Assembly: GCF_001194135.2 (NCBI RefSeq)
Contig: NC_069001.1
Coordinates: 31,963,251 to 32,013,906 of the forward strand
Direction: 5' to 3'
Length of the DNA stretch: 50,656 nucleotides
Source of the DNA: Octopus bimaculoides
Taxonomy: Eukaryota
In this document: one piece after another, positions 1-14,056 of the stretch
How the letters are laid out: every line of letters begins with the position of its first letter
How positions within the stretch are numbered: position 1 is the stretch's first letter
Notes under the pieces: generated by a model
The model's database searches: none
What the model was told of the DNA's origin: nothing
The model's input: only the letters and a program-made list of their open reading frames with translations
Translations under genes and position numbers: made by a program

Positions 1-1413
1 TACACACACACACATGATGGGCTTCTTTCAGTTTCTGTCTACCAAATCCATTCACAAGGCTTTGATCAGCCCAAAGCTATAGTAGAATACACTTGCCCAA
101 GGTGTCATGCTGTGGGACTGAACCCAGAACCATGTGAAAAAAATGGTTAAAATATTTTGTGTATTGTAGAAGTATAACCAACTTATTGCAGATAAATTTT
201 AACAACAAAATCTTATGTGGACCCCTAAAAGTGATGTGGAACCCTAAATCTGGTGTGGACCCCAGCTGGGAACCACTGGTATAAATGATGGTCAGTGTCA
301 CAAAAGCTGAGTATTCATTTCCAACATACTGCAAAAAACATGTTTGGCTATGAGGAAATAGTACCTTTGATAGGAAACAGGTGAGGGACAGGAAGAGCAT
401 CCCACAGAAAACCTGCCTCAATAAACTCCATCATGAAAAAGTGGGTGCTAAAATGACAATGAAGTGTGTGTGTGGATACATATATATAACACATAAATAT
501 ACACATATACATCCACATATATATACTCACACATACACACAAAGTATACCATTACTTTAGTCTCTTCACACTTTTATTATTCCTTTCTCAACTGAAACAT
601 CCATCCTTCAGCAACACAATAAAATATAAAAATTTTTTTAAAAAACAAGTACAAAGAAATGGGGTGGCTTAGCGAAAAAAAAAAATTTTACAGAATAAAA
701 TATATAAAAAAAATGAAACTCAGAAAAAATATAATGAAAACAGAAACAGGGGAAACAAACCAGAAAGGGAGAAAAAGGAAATCAAAACCTGAAAAGAAAA
801 AAATTAAAAACGCAACACTAATGGAAAAAAGTATGGAAAGAACAAACCAATGACTTGAAAAGGAATAAAAGTGAAAAAAAAAAATTTGTAGCAAAACGAA
901 ATGAAACAAAAAAAGAAAGGTCTGCAAAATAGCAGAAATTGTCTATAAAGAGGCCAAAATATCTTCCAAGTGAAGAAATCAAGGAGACGCAAGTTTATGC
1001 TCTGATGATGGGAATAACCAAGCTTTAGAATAATTCAAAGACATAAAAAAAAAAAAAGAACTTCATAAGGAATGCGTTCAGTGAGGAGAGGCGGGAATTG
1101 GTATTTGGTGGGGATTGGTTGGTTTTTGTTCTTTTTTTTAATTGTATTTATTTTTTTTTTTTATTCTTTGTTATTCATTTCTTTTTTCAAACTACTTCTC
1201 TTTTTCTTTTCGAATGATTATTAGTAACTTTCAGCTTATCTATATAAGTATGCGTATGCATGTGTGTGTGTATATGTATGAGAATGTGTTTGTTATACAC
1301 GTGCGTTGTGTGTATTACACACACTCACACAAGCACATTTATACACAAATATATATAAACAGATATATATACACGTTTCATGTACATACATACTTACACA
1401 TCCATATACACAT

Positions 1414-1461
<48 letters not shown>

Positions 1462-2193
1462 NNNNNNNNNNNNNNNNNNNNNNNNNNNNNNNNNNNNNNN
1501 NNNNNNNNNNNNNNNNNNNNNNNNNNNNNNNNNNNNNNNNNNNNNNNNNNNNNNNNNNNNNNNNNNNNNNNNNNNNNNNNNNNNNNNNNNNNNNNNNNNN
1601 NNNNNNNNNNNNNNNNNNNNNNNNNNNNNNNNNNNNNNNNNNNNNNNNNNNNNNNNNNNNNNNNNNNNNNNNNNNNNNNNNNNNNNNNNNNNNNNNNNNN
1701 NNNNNNNNNNNNNNNNNNNNNNNNNNNNNNNNNNNNNNNNNNNNNNNNNNNNNNNNNNNNNNNNNNNNNNNNNNNNNNNNNNNNNNNNNNNNNNNNNNNN
1801 NNNNNNNNNNNNNNNNNNNNNNNNNNNNNNNNNNNNNNNNNNNNNNNNNNNNNNNNNNNNNNNNNNNNNNNNNNNNNNNNNNNNNNNNNNNNNNNNNNNN
1901 NNNNNNNNNNNNNNNNNNNNNNNNNNNNNNNNNNNNNNNNNNNNNNNNNNNNNNNNNNNNNNNNNNNNNNNNNNNNNNNNNNNNNNNNNNNNNNNNNNNN
2001 NNNNNNNNNNNNNNNNNNNNNNNNNNNNNNNNNNNNNNNNNNNNNNNNNNNNNNNNNNNNNNNNNNNNNNNNNNNNNNNNNNNNNNNNNNNNNNNNNNNN
2101 NNNNNNNNNNNNNNNNNNNNNNNNNNNNNNNNNNNNNNNNNNATATAGGGAGAATTCACAAAAAAAACAAAAGACGAAGGCAGGTAGTGTAGA

Positions 2194-2271
2194 TATTTAA
2201 AAATAATCGCTTCAAATCAGAGAATATATCATAATATATATTCTCTGATTTGAAGCGATAATTTTTAAATA
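2194..2271. repeat. 36-bp inverted repeat (one mismatch) with 6-nt loop
   Basis: 2194-2229 pairs with 2236-2271 except positions 2205/2260. Confidence 0.92.
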
Positions 2272-2843
2272 CGAATAAATGACCAAAAAATGATGAGCTA
2301 ACCCTAGCCAGATATATTATCATGATATATATTATTATACTGTTATTATACTACAAGTCTTCCATACTAGCTTTCTCTCTGTAACTTATAAAGCCTTTCT
2401 GGTTTGTTTACGAATATTATATGTAATATACATATATAGTCATCATCGCCATTTATGTACACTTTTCCATGTTTGCATGGGTCAGACAGCAATTACTGAG
2501 GCAGATTTTTTATAGCTGGATGCCCTTCCTGTTGCCAATCCTCACCCGTTTCCAAGGAAATTAACATTTTCCCATCGCCAGACATTTTCCACAGATGATT
2601 GGAAGTGAACATTCTCATTTATAACCATTACATAATATCAAGACATGACTGAAACAGGTAAAAGAACAAAAACACATCTACATATGTATAATCAAAATAA
2701 GCAACAGGATATCAAGTAGTAATGCAGTACGATCGTTGCTTATTTTGATTTTATTCACCTTATTTCAAGCTGTGCAGATAATACCGGACTGACTTGGTGC
2801 TTCAACTTAAGTACCTAATTCAACTGAATCTCAATTATATACA

Positions 2844-3198
2844 GTAGTGGCTGTGTGGTAAGTAGCTTGCTTACCAACCACATGGTTCCGGGTTCAGTCC
2901 CACTGCATGGCACCTTGGGCAAGTGTCTTCTACTATAGCCTCGGGCCGAAACTGAAAGAAGCCCGTCGTATATATGTATATATATATATATGTTTGTGTG
3001 TCTGTGTTTGTCCCCTCACCATCGCTTGACAACCGATGCTGGTGTGTTTACATCCCCGTAACTTAGCGGTTCGGCAAAAAGAGACCGATAGAATAAGTAC
3101 TAGGCTTACAAAGAATAAGTCCTGGGGTCGATTTGATTCGACTAAAGGCGATGCTCCAGCATGGCCGCAGTCAAATGACTGAAAAGAGTAAAAGAGTA
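2844..3198 (+). mobile_element. tRNA-derived SINE family A, near full length
   Basis: Head GTGGCTGTGTGGTAAGTAGCTTGC..GGTTCCGGGTTCAGTCCC (A/B boxes), internal (TA)n(TG)n tract, 3' part ..GCTCCAGCATGGCCGCAGTC..AAAAGAGTAAAAGAGT. Confidence 0.85.
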
Positions 3199-3791
3199 TA
3201 TACATATATATATATCTGTAATATAAAATATGTGGCAGTTATTCGGTTGCCATAATAAAACTCTGAGTTTCAGATGTCGGTGCAGAAATCTGCCCCAGCA
3301 ACTCGTCAGTTATTAAGACAACCAAAAAATGGCACACTCGCTCACTTCCACTTTCATTCATACTGATACCTGGAGGGTGGGGGGTCCAGAAACATCCCAT
3401 CATCACTTTTTCCCTCTCTTCTCTGTTCCACCCGATCACATAGCCATGAGAGTAGCCATTACAGTGCCTCTACGGCAAGAAACCTGTTCTACTCTGGCTC
3501 GTTCTCTCATACATATTAACCTCTTCGTTTCCAAGCATAAAACCATGTCTCTTGGTGTTTTGTAGTCTTGCAAAGCTGAATGGTGACCTCACTCGTGCCA
3601 CTGCCATGTAAAAGTCACTCATAACACACTGTAAAGTGATTGGTATTAGGGAGGGCATCCAGCTGTAGAAGCCTTGCCACAGAAGACAGCAGAGCACAAT
3701 GCACTCCTTGGACCAAACCCATACCAGTATGGAACATGACCGTTAAACAATGATGGTGGTAGCAGTGATGGTGGTGATGATATGCATACAG

Positions 3792-3826
<35 letters not shown>

Positions 3827-3956
3827 AATATATATACACACACATACATCAAAACATATATGGTGTATGCGAACGAATATATAATATTTATAATGCAACA
3901 TGATTAATATTATTTTGTGAATAAACATGAACACACAGATCATTTTTTTTTATGTA

Positions 3957-3997
<41 letters not shown>

Positions 3998-4305
3998 CGT
4001 CATCATCATCATCATTATTTTTATTATGAGCTGCTTGTGTCAGGTTGTTTCCACCACCACCACCCCGCCCTCAGTTTCGTGTTTTCATTTCTTTAGAAAA
4101 CAAAAGGAAAAAAATAACACTAATACAAGATCAAAAAAAAAAAAAAAAAATAATAATAATAATAATAATATTAATAATCAATACATTATGAAAGCAGGGT
4201 GTAGGAAGCAGGGTATGTTATGAAGAATAAAAGAAAAAAATGAAGTAAAAGAACTGTAACCAACAAAAAAATTGTGATGTGAGTGTGTATGTATGTGTGT
4301 GTTTA

Positions 4306-4346
<41 letters not shown>

Positions 4347-4417
4347 GATATAAAATGTTATCAAGTATTCCAAGATCATATATGATATGTGTATGCATAT
4401 ATTCATTTATATATGCA

Positions 4418-4475
<58 letters not shown>

Positions 4476-4549
4476 GCACATATATCTTGTCTATGAATGT
4501 TTTATTTAAATTTTTTTGGAGGGGGCAACATTAAAAACCCCACCTATAC

Positions 4550-4602
<53 letters not shown>

Positions 4603-4813
4603 ATACGCATACATATATATATACACATACAAGCACACATACATACATACATATGAAAATGTTCATGTTATAAATGGAAACTTTGATGAAATTTACAGAC
4701 TGGAAAAAAAGTGAAAATCTTGGTTTAACATCATAAAAATGAAACAAAAAAACAAAGAATAAAAAGGATGGGGGGAGAGGTGAGACAAAAGAGAATATAA
4801 TAACAACAACAAC

Positions 4814-4846
<33 letters not shown>

Positions 4847-5813
4847 AAAGTGTGAGGATGCTGCTGCTGCTATGTGGAGTCGATATAGATAAAACAAGTC
4901 CATCTTTATCAGCGTTAGCCAGAATATTCTAGAAAAACCAAAAATAAAAATTATAAAAACTAAATAGCTTGGAAAACTGCAAAGCTCAACTGTTTGAAAA
5001 TTGTAAGCTAAGACATGGCTGTAAATCAGACCTTTCAAGAATGGAAATTTCTCTTTTAAGTTATCTTCAGACTCCTCGAGACAGAGCCAATTTAGATTAC
5101 CTTCACACTAACCGACAACACCAGCAACAACCGGCCACCTCGGTTATCAAATGTCACATAATCTCCCGGATATAGCTGCCAAATTTCTTTCATATCATGC
5201 CCTTCCATCTTAACCCCTTTTGTTACCATATTTCTGCTGAAATACACCCTTTGTCATCATTATCGTCGTCATCGTAGTTTTAATGTTCATTTTGTTATGC
5301 TTGCATGGGTTGGTCAGAGCTTATTGCTGCAAATTTTTTTCTCTATAACCCAATGCCCATGCTGTAGCCAACCCTCACCTGTTTCCAAGTAAAAATAATA
5401 TTTCCCCATGGTTAGACATGCTTTTCGCAGAATATTGGAAATGAATGACTGCTTGTATGACAGTGATACTCATTTACGACTCTCATGTGATGTTGAGACA
5501 AAGAGATACAAACATACACACACACATATTCTTTTATTCTTTTATTTGTTACAGTCGTTTCACTGCAGGCATGCTGGAGCACCACCTTTAGTCGAACAAA
5601 TCGACTCCAGGACTTATTCTTTGTAAGCTTAATATTCTATTGGTGTCTTTTGCTGAACCACTAAGCTAAGGAGACATAAACACACCAGCATCAGTTGTCA
5701 AGTGATGTTGGGTGTGACAAACAGGCACACAAATACATACCCACACACACACACATATATATATAGAAAGGATGAAAGGCAAAGTCAACCTCAGAAACGT
5801 AAAGACAGACGAA

Positions 5814-6118
5814 ATTGCACCTAGAAAGACACACTCTGGGGCACAAATCCAGGAAAGGTTGTTTATGGGAGACCAACAGTCACCCATGCATACCAGTCTC
5901 CTCTCTGCACACCACTGATGTTGTCCAAGAGAAAGGCAAAGGCCGATACAGCTTGGCACCAGTGACGTCGCAAGTCATTTCTACAGCTGAGTGAACTGGA
6001 GCAACATGAAATAAAGTGTCTTGCTTAAGAAGACAACATACAGCCCAGTCTGGGAATCGAGCTCACTACCTCATGACCACGAACCCGACACTCTAACCAC
6101 TGAGCCATGCGCCTTCAC
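5814..6118 (-). mobile_element. tRNA-derived SINE family D
   Basis: Minus strand GTGAAGGCGCATGGCTCAGTGGTTAGAGTGTCGGGTTCG..GAGCTCGATTCCCAG head (A and B boxes); homologous copies at 40092-40400 (+) and 45856-46030 (-). Confidence 0.85.
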
Positions 6119-6167
6119 AAGGGGAATGTATTTCTATTGAAATGCGATATCAAAAAGGAGTAAGAAG

Positions 6168-6535
6168 TAGTAGTAAGAAGCTTGCTTCCCAACCACATGA
6201 TTCTGAGTTCAGTCCCACTGCATGGCACCTTGGGCAAGAGTCTTCTACTAGAGCCTTGGGTCGACTAAAGCCTTGTGAGTGAATTTGATAGACTGAAGCT
6301 GAAAGAAGCCCATCATATATGTGCGTGCGTGCGTGTGTGTGTGTGTTTGTCCCCCCTACCCTCACTTGACAGCCGATGCTGGTGTGTTTACATCCCCACA
6401 GCTTAGCGGTTCAGCAAAGGCGGCCGATAAAATAAGTACTAGGCTTATGAAGAATAAGTCCTGGGGTTGATTTGACCACCTAAAGACGGTGCTCCAGCAT
6501 AGCCACAGTCAAATGACTGACACAAGCAAAAAAAT
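6168..6535 (+). mobile_element. tRNA-derived SINE family A
   Basis: Same head, central AAAGCCTTGTGAGTGAATTTGATAG domain and tail as the 2844 copy. Confidence 0.85.
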
Positions 6536-6968
6536 ACTTCTCGGGTATACAAACAGAGACTCCACAATGTTAGCTGAAACACCACTGATCATAGGCCCGC
6601 TCAATCGGTAAGGAGGGGGGGGTCGACCTGGGGGCAAAACAACAACAACCTGAAGCCAATAAGGCTAATTATTTACCACTAGATAACTGCTGACTCATGA
6701 GAAGTGAAGCAGAAAACTGCTGATATTTCGATGTTTCACAGTTTATATCCCTGCTTTACACCAAAAAGAGAGACAGAACTCAACATCTCATATACACACT
6801 CAACACTTGTCATGATGATTGTTGTTGCTGTACTCTTACTGTTGTTGTTGTTGTTGTTGTTGTTGCTTCCTTTTTTTGTATTTCTTTTTGGTTATTATTG
6901 CTTTCTGGTTATATGTGTATGTGCATATATGTGTATGAGTATGTATGTACTTATATATACATATATAT

Positions 6969-7014
<46 letters not shown>

Positions 7015-7143
7015 GTATGTATGTGTGCATGTGTGTGCATATATATATGTATATATATGTCATGTAGGTGTGTATGTGTGTGTATATATATGTGTATATG
7101 TGTATGCATATATATATGTAGGTGTGTGTGTGTATATAATGTA

Positions 7144-7190
<47 letters not shown>

Positions 7191-7947
7191 CTGTTTTCTG
7201 TTTCTTGATGTTTTTGTTTTCTTTTCTATTTTTACTAGAGTTTTACTTTTATTTTATTCCTTCTTTTTTTTTTTTTTTTACACATCTTCCAACACTAAAT
7301 ACCATCAATGCAATAAATCTTATTAAACTGACATTTCTAGATTCTAGTTGCAAATCTAACGCAGCTGACAAAATGCATCATCAAAGTCCAGACCAAGCTG
7401 CCAACCCATGTGAATGCCACAACTATTTTTTTCTTCTACCTTACTGACTAATAGACAGGACACATCTCTTTCTTCACACTCCTTAACTTTTAATCAATTT
7501 CTCCACAGACCTCCTCACTTTCACACTCTATCTATCTTTCTTTCTATCTAGCACTCTTGGTCTCTATCATTTTTGCTTGTTTGTTTGTTTGTGTTTGTTA
7601 TTTTGTTTTTGTTTTTATCTCTCATAGATACCAGAAGAAAAAATAGCTAACTAACTTATTGGAAGTTATTTTCAGCCTACCTATGGTTTGGTTACCATTA
7701 ATCATGAACAACGGAGGAAAATTTTCACAAGCTCTGATTTGTTTGTTCCCCAGCCAGAATCATTGGTTTCTCTCCCACATCAGATTTTGCAAACAACAAC
7801 AACAACAACAACAACAAGTGTTTCTAATTTAAGCACAAGGCCAGCAAGATTTCGTCGATTGCCAGTGGTTAACTGCTATTTTATTTTATTGACTGATGAC
7901 CCCCAGAGAAATGAAAGACAAAGTTGACCTTGGCAGGATTTGAACAA

Positions 7948-8099
7948 TGTGGTTGTGTGGTAGGAAGTTTGCTTCTTAACAACATGGTTCCAAGTTCAGT
8001 CACACTGCATGGTGCCTTAGGCAAGTGTCTTCTACTATAGCCTTGGGCCAACCAAAGCCTTGTGAGTGGATGTGGTAGAAAGGAACTGAAAGAAAGCTG

Positions 8100-8167
<68 letters not shown>

Positions 8168-8385
8168 GTCTTGTACCCCACCACTGCTTGACAACCAGTG
8201 TTGGTGTGTTTGCATCCCTGTAACTTAGCAATTTGGCAAAAGAGAGCGACAGAATAAGTCTCAGGCTTTAAAAATATTTTTAAAAGTACTGAAGTTGATT
8301 CGTTTGATTAAAATTTGTGAAGAAAATGCTCCAGTATGGCAACAGTCCAAATGAGTGAAACAAGTAAAAGATAAAAGATAGACCA
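7948..8385 (+). mobile_element. tRNA-derived SINE family A with expanded internal (TG)n
   Basis: Same family; (TG)n at about 8101-8162. Further full or half copies (approximate): 1-135, 5530-5720, 15440-15620, 17380-17520, 19285-19470, 21115-21925, 22775-23150, 28757-29170, 32500-32700, 36330-36480, 37345-37490, 38860-39065, 46030-46151, 47360-47540. Confidence 0.85.
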
Positions 8386-9184
8386 TAGAGAGTTGGAACA
8401 AATACAGCAAAGTGCTGTTTCTAATTCATGTTAGGATTTATTCATATGTATGCATCGTCAGGGCATACCAGCAAATGGCAGGCACATGCCACCAGTAATT
8501 ACTCAGGGTAGGCAGTTGGTGATGTTTATGTAGTAAAACACAGAAAAAAAAAGCCAAACACAGGCATGCGACTGAGTTAGAGGCAGATTTACTTCTGCCT
8601 TTATAGCATGCAAAGAAAATGTTGTTGCAGGAATGTAGGTAGCATGTGTACTACAGCAGTACTATGCATAGTTTTAATACTAGGATTGAAAGGTAGGGGC
8701 AAATTATGCCTACCTAATCTACAAAAAAATAATTAAATATTTTGTATTTTATGCATAAAAATCAGAGTAACTTTCACAGCTTTATTGAATTATGTGCATA
8801 TTTTGCCATAAAAGGAAAATGTTATTATTGATCTATTTTATTCAGAGTAGGCACTACCTACCTTGCCTACCCAGGAAGCACATCTCTGGTTTCTACACTA
8901 TTTGTATACAGTCATACACTGGTGGTTCAGTACACCTCCAATTCGGTTCAAATATGTGATGTTGATAAACCACAAAAATGGCAAAACATTGATGTCCATT
9001 GCACCTGAATGGGATTTGGGATGAGTTGTTTTGCCCATCTATGAATTTCAGGTGTTTTAATACCCAGTACTTTGAGGCACCTACTGCACTAAAACTCAGC
9101 CTACTAGCAATAAAGCATAGTACATACATTGAATAAGTGTGACTGATAATGTTTACAACACTAGTGCTGCTTCTAATTCATATT

Positions 9185-9226
<42 letters not shown>

Positions 9227-10295
9227 TGCTATTATGCAAAAGTGTCCTAAGTTCAAAATGTTGCTTTTTCAGAAAACAAAAAAATAGTTTTACCATTCCA
9301 TAGCAAAACTGTTGTGCTACACTTTGACAATTTTTGATATCTTGGCATCTGAAGCAGCTGGAGATACGATAGTTTGACCAAAAGAACCAGTAAATGCAAG
9401 AAAAAATAAATATTGAAAAAAACATATTTGGTTAAATTTGGACATATGACAGTTTAAAATAACACCAACGATATNNNNNNNNNNNNNNNNNNNNNNNNNN
9501 NNNNNNNNNNNNNNNNNNNNNNNNNNNNNNNNNNNNNNNNNNNNNNNNNNNNNNNNNNNNNNNNNNNNNNNNNNNNNNNNNNNNNNNNNNNNNNNNNNNN
9601 NNNNNNNNNNNNNNNNNNNNNNNNNNNNNNNNNNNNNNNNNNNNNNNNNNNNNNNNNNNNNNNNNNNNNNNNNNNNNNNNNNNNNNNNNNNNNNNNNNNN
9701 NNNNNNNNNNNNNNNNNNNNNNNNNNNNNNNNNNNNNNNNNNNNNNNNNNNNNNNNNNNNNNNNNNNNNNNNNNNNNNNNNNNNNNNNNNNNNNNNNNNN
9801 NNNNNNNNNNNNNNNNNNNNNNNNNNNNNNNNNNNNNNNNNNNNNNNNNNNNNNNNNNNNNNNNNNNNNNNNNNNNNNNNNNNNNNNNNNNNNNNNNNNN
9901 NNNNNNNNNNNNNNNNNNNNNNNNNNNNNNNNNNNNNNNNNNNNNNNNNNNNNNNNNNNNNNNNNNNNNNNNNNNNNNNNNNNNNNNNNNNNNNNNNNNN
10001 NNNNNNNNNNNNNNNNNNNNNNNNNNNNNNNNNNNNNNNNNNNNNNNNNNNNNNNNNNNNNNNNNNNNNNNNNNNNNNNNNNNNNNNNNNNNNNNNNNNN
10101 NNNNNNNNNNNNNNNNNNNNNNNNNNNNNNNNNNNNNNNNNNNNNNNNNNNNNNNNNNNNNNNNNNNNNNNNNNNNNNNNNNNNNNNNNNNNNNNNNNNN
10201 NNNNNNNNNNNNNNNNNNNNNNNNNNNNNNNNNNNNNNNNNNNNNNNNNNNNNNNNNNNNNNNNNNNNNNNNNNNNNNNNNNNNNNNNNNNNNNN

Positions 10296-10343
<48 letters not shown>

Positions 10344-10738
10344 GGATGAATGTGGCTTGTAGCTCATGTATATATATGCATGTGTATGTGTTGCGTGTGT
10401 TACATTCCCTTACATAATTGAATAGATAAGAAAATTGTTCAACAATATAGGATTTTGTTTCTACTGAGTGGAACCTTAGGCAAGTGTCTTCTACCACATC
10501 CTTCGATCTACCCATGCATTACGGGTGAAATTAGATTAAAACTGCGTGGATGTTCATTAGATGGACTGTACTAATAATTCAAATGGCAGGTCTTGCTACA
10601 AACAATGTAATTCTGTTTAACGTTGTGTGAGTGTGCGTTTACAGTGAACTTCATTAAGCTAGTCTCCATTAAAGCTGATGTCAGATAAAATGAACAAAAT
10701 CTTAAGAGAATGGCAGAGTTGACTTCCATTACCCATCT

Positions 10739-11314
10739 TTAATCCTTTCGTATCCAGATTTCTCTGTCAAATGTAATGCTTATTTATTCACATTGTTTTT
10801 GAATTAATCATGCATTACCTTATAGCTTTGAGGTTTTAAAGCAGACCTCACCAGTGCTGGTGCCATGTAAAAGGGCATCCAGTCCAATCTGTAAAGTAGT
10901 TGGCATTAGAAAGGAAATCCAGCCATAAAAAAAAATAATAATAAACACATCAAAACAAACGGTGGAGCTTGGTGCAGTCCTCTGGCTTGCCAACTCCTGT
11001 CAAGCCATCCAACCCATGCCAGCATGGAAGATGGACATTAAATGNNNNNNNNNNNNNNNNNNNNNNNNNNNNNNNNNNNNNNNNNNNNNNNNNNNNNNNN
11101 NNNNNNNNNNNNNNNNNNNNNNNNNNNNNNNNNNNNNNNNNNNNNNNNNNNNNNNNNNNNNNNNNNNNNNNNNNNNNNNNGAGGGGGAGGGGGAGGGGAG
11201 GAGGAGTGTTTACTTTTAGAATGACATTGCCAGTAGGCATGAGAAACTGGAACTGGCCAGTTTGAACATAAAAAAACCCCTTTAATGGCTGCTGGTTTAA
11301 ATGCTAAAGATCAA
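10739..11314. mobile_element. TTAA-flanked MITE family 2 in reverse orientation, interrupted by an RTE-tail insertion (about 10841-11044) and a gap
   Basis: 10739-10837 and 11206-11314 are reverse complements of the right and left halves of the 43705/44413 copies. Confidence 0.7.
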
Positions 11315-12599
11315 ATGAGGTATTTGCAGTTTAACCAGCAACAATCCTATTCCAATCTCTATGGTGTCAGTACTGTTGCCAAGCTATCTAAGTATCTGGC
11401 CCCTCAAGAATTTCAAAGCTAGAGACGGTTGCTTATGATGATTTAGAAATTGTTATGGAACGGGTAATAGAATTACCCGTGGCAAAGCACACAGTGTACT
11501 AAATGAGGAAATTAAGATATTCACGAAGAGATTAAATGATGGAAGTATGAAGGACTCCTAATTCCCCAAATGAAAAATGAGGATTAAAATGGATTGCATT
11601 GGTGATCACTTTTCTGGAATGGTCAAACTTTATGAATGAAACCTGCATATACACATATCATCATCATCATCATTTAACGTCCATTTTCCATGCTGGCATG
11701 GGTTGGACAATTTCAAAGGCACTGGCAAGGCAGATGGCTGCACCAGGCTCTAGTCATCTGCTTCGGCATGGTTTTTATGGCTGAATAGCCCTTCCTAATG
11801 CCAACCACTTTACAGAATGAACTAGGTACTTTTTTTATGTGACACCACCTGGTCATAAAATAAAACACATTTTGCATTGCATTGTGCAAACACAGATGGT
11901 GTGCACATTTTAAAGGTGGTGGTGGCAGTTGCTTTGGTAGTGGTGGTGGTGGTGGTCGTCGTAGTGGTGGTGGTAAAATATTAGTGAGTTTGAAAGATAT
12001 AATGCAGCAGCTAGCAGAGCAATATTCCATTTCCAAGAAACTATGATGCAAGATGCGTATCTTTAATGACAGCATTTTTTTTTTCTCACATATCATTTTT
12101 GCAGTATATAAATACTAGTAAGATGTCCTCAAAGTTTCTGCCAAGATAAAGGAACTATTAATAAACAGAACAATGCACCTACTCGCCTATATAGTCACCA
12201 ACTTCTTAGCTATGTTCATGTTCTTCATACCATCCATGATCTAGCCCAAAGATCAAGGTGGTCTTACCTGTCAGGTATTATACAAAGTTTTCATTCAGAA
12301 GATTTGCCATCCATACAACACCAGGACATTATTCAAAAGCAAGCCTATCATTCAAAGGAATCTTTCCTCCAACAAAGATTCCATTGGAAGAGACTATGAC
12401 CAAAAATTGCAAGTGTTTCCTCCAAGGAAACTGTGGCAAGGAATATAAGGAACCAGGCAACTTCTAGGAGTAAACCTTGAGGAACAAAGAAAAGTCATAA
12501 TTCATTGAGAGACAGAAGTATCAAGGATGGCTGGTCATTTGTGGAGAGGAAAAAGAAGTCACCAATACCTTAGAACAAAGTCAAGATGACAGAGAGGGA

Positions 12600-13020
12600 T
12601 CAACAGGAAAATCAACAATGGAAGCTGATGGATAGGGCTAAGAGATAGGGGAAAATACTATAAGAACAACAGTGGAAACTGATAAATAGGGCTAACAGAC
12701 AGGGAAAAAAATGATAGTGATAAGAGATAGAGAACAACAGTGGAAAATGATGGATAAGGAGTAAGAGATATGGAACAAGATTGTAAGATGATAAATAGTG
12801 ATAACAAACAATACTGGAAAATGATAGATAGGGATAGCATATAGGGAACAATGCTGTTAAGTGATAGATAGGGATATATAGGGAACAATGCTGGAAAGTG
12901 ATAACTAGGGATAACATATAGGGAAAAATGCTGGAAAGTGATAACTAGGGATAACATATACAGAACAATGCTAGAAAGTGATAGATAGGGATAATAGAGA
13001 GGGACAAAATACTGGAAGAT
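12600..13020. repeat. Degenerate about 40-bp minisatellite
   Basis: Repeating GTGATAACTAGGGATAACATATAGGGAAAAATGCTGGAAA-like unit, most homogeneous at about 12880-12975. Confidence 0.8.
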
Positions 13021-13062
13021 GACTGAAAGACTCAGTGTATATATTGGGCTATGACAATCTCC

Positions 13063-13291
13063 TTAACCTTTTTGTTACCATATTTCTGTTGAGATGCTCT
13101 TTGTTTCTTTCAATTACTTTAAATATAACAAAGAATTTAGTAAAATAACTTAGTTATCATTAAGCTAGTGTTAGGAACATAAATTGTGACTAAGGTGTTG
13201 TGAAGGATTTTAATTCAAAACTTTTGAAAACAAAACATTTGTACTACAGAGCCAGAGGCGGTTTCAGGTGGGTTGGTATCAAAAGGGTTAA
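13063..13291. mobile_element. TTAA-flanked MITE (piggyBac-like termini), family 1
   Basis: TTAA-CCTTTTTGTTACCA ... TGGTATCAAAAGGG-TTAA (12/14 TIR match); a truncated copy starts at 5210. Confidence 0.75.
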
Positions 13292-13619
13292 TAGGCCAAG
13301 CATAGAGGTATACACCATATGGGAAGATAATTTAAGACAAAACACTAAACACATGATTGTAAAAAAAAAAAGGGTTGAAATTTCCTAATTTTCATTATTC
13401 AATTGTCCTACAGGACCATTAGTTAATTCTTCGGTTCAGTAGTTTACCTAGTAGGTGAGTTCAATCCCTAGCTCAGTCATAAACCAGTCCAGGGATTGAG
13501 CTCACTACTTCGTGGTTGTGAGCCCAACGCTCTAACCACTGAGTCATGTGCCTTCACAGAAGTATGACAATAACTAAGATAATGTCTGTGGTATAGACAA
13601 TATTTCCTTCCTGAGCCAT

Positions 13620-13826
13620 ATAAACTCATAAGGCCTGCATCTTGGTTTCTGTGGCGTATATGTTCCCCACTGGATGGGACGCCAGTCCATCACAGGATTA
13701 CTCGCATTTGTCAGCTGAATGGATTGGAACAACATGAAATGAAGTACCTTGCTCAAGAACACAATGCATTACTCAGTCCAAGAAGTGAAACCACAATATT
13801 ACAATCAGGATTCCAACACCATATCC
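13620..13826 (-). mobile_element. tRNA-derived SINE with V-domain-like core
   Basis: Minus strand head plus CCTGTGATGGACTGGCGTCCCATCCAG, resembling the V-SINE conserved domain (from memory, unverified). Confidence 0.55.
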
Positions 13827-14056
13827 ACTAAGTCATGCACTTCCTCGGTACAGTCAACAGAATGAAAACAATACCCTGAGGAATTAATGAAATTAATAAT
13901 GGGTTTAGCTCTTGGATACAACAGGTACCTGATAAAAAACAGGGGAAACCAACCAAAACATTAACCAAAAAGAAGGCACTAATTCAAATATACCAATATA
14001 TAATATGTGTGCATGCATGTGCATGTGTGTATACAAGTATATGTGCAGATGTTTTA

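Noticed and set aside
1002-1025. CTGATGA-TGG-GAATAA-CCA, start of a hammerhead-like motif
   Set aside because: The GAAA half and cleavage site are missing; at most a truncated relic.
12015-12050. Minus-strand FLEMEYC resembling the TAK1 hinge LVMEYAEG
   Set aside because: No AEGGSL continuation and no suitable splice sites; chance match.
12245-12470. PKDQGGL resembling the PKxxGGLG motif of L1/Tx1 elements
   Set aside because: Single short motif, lacks the final G and has no recognisable flanking homology.
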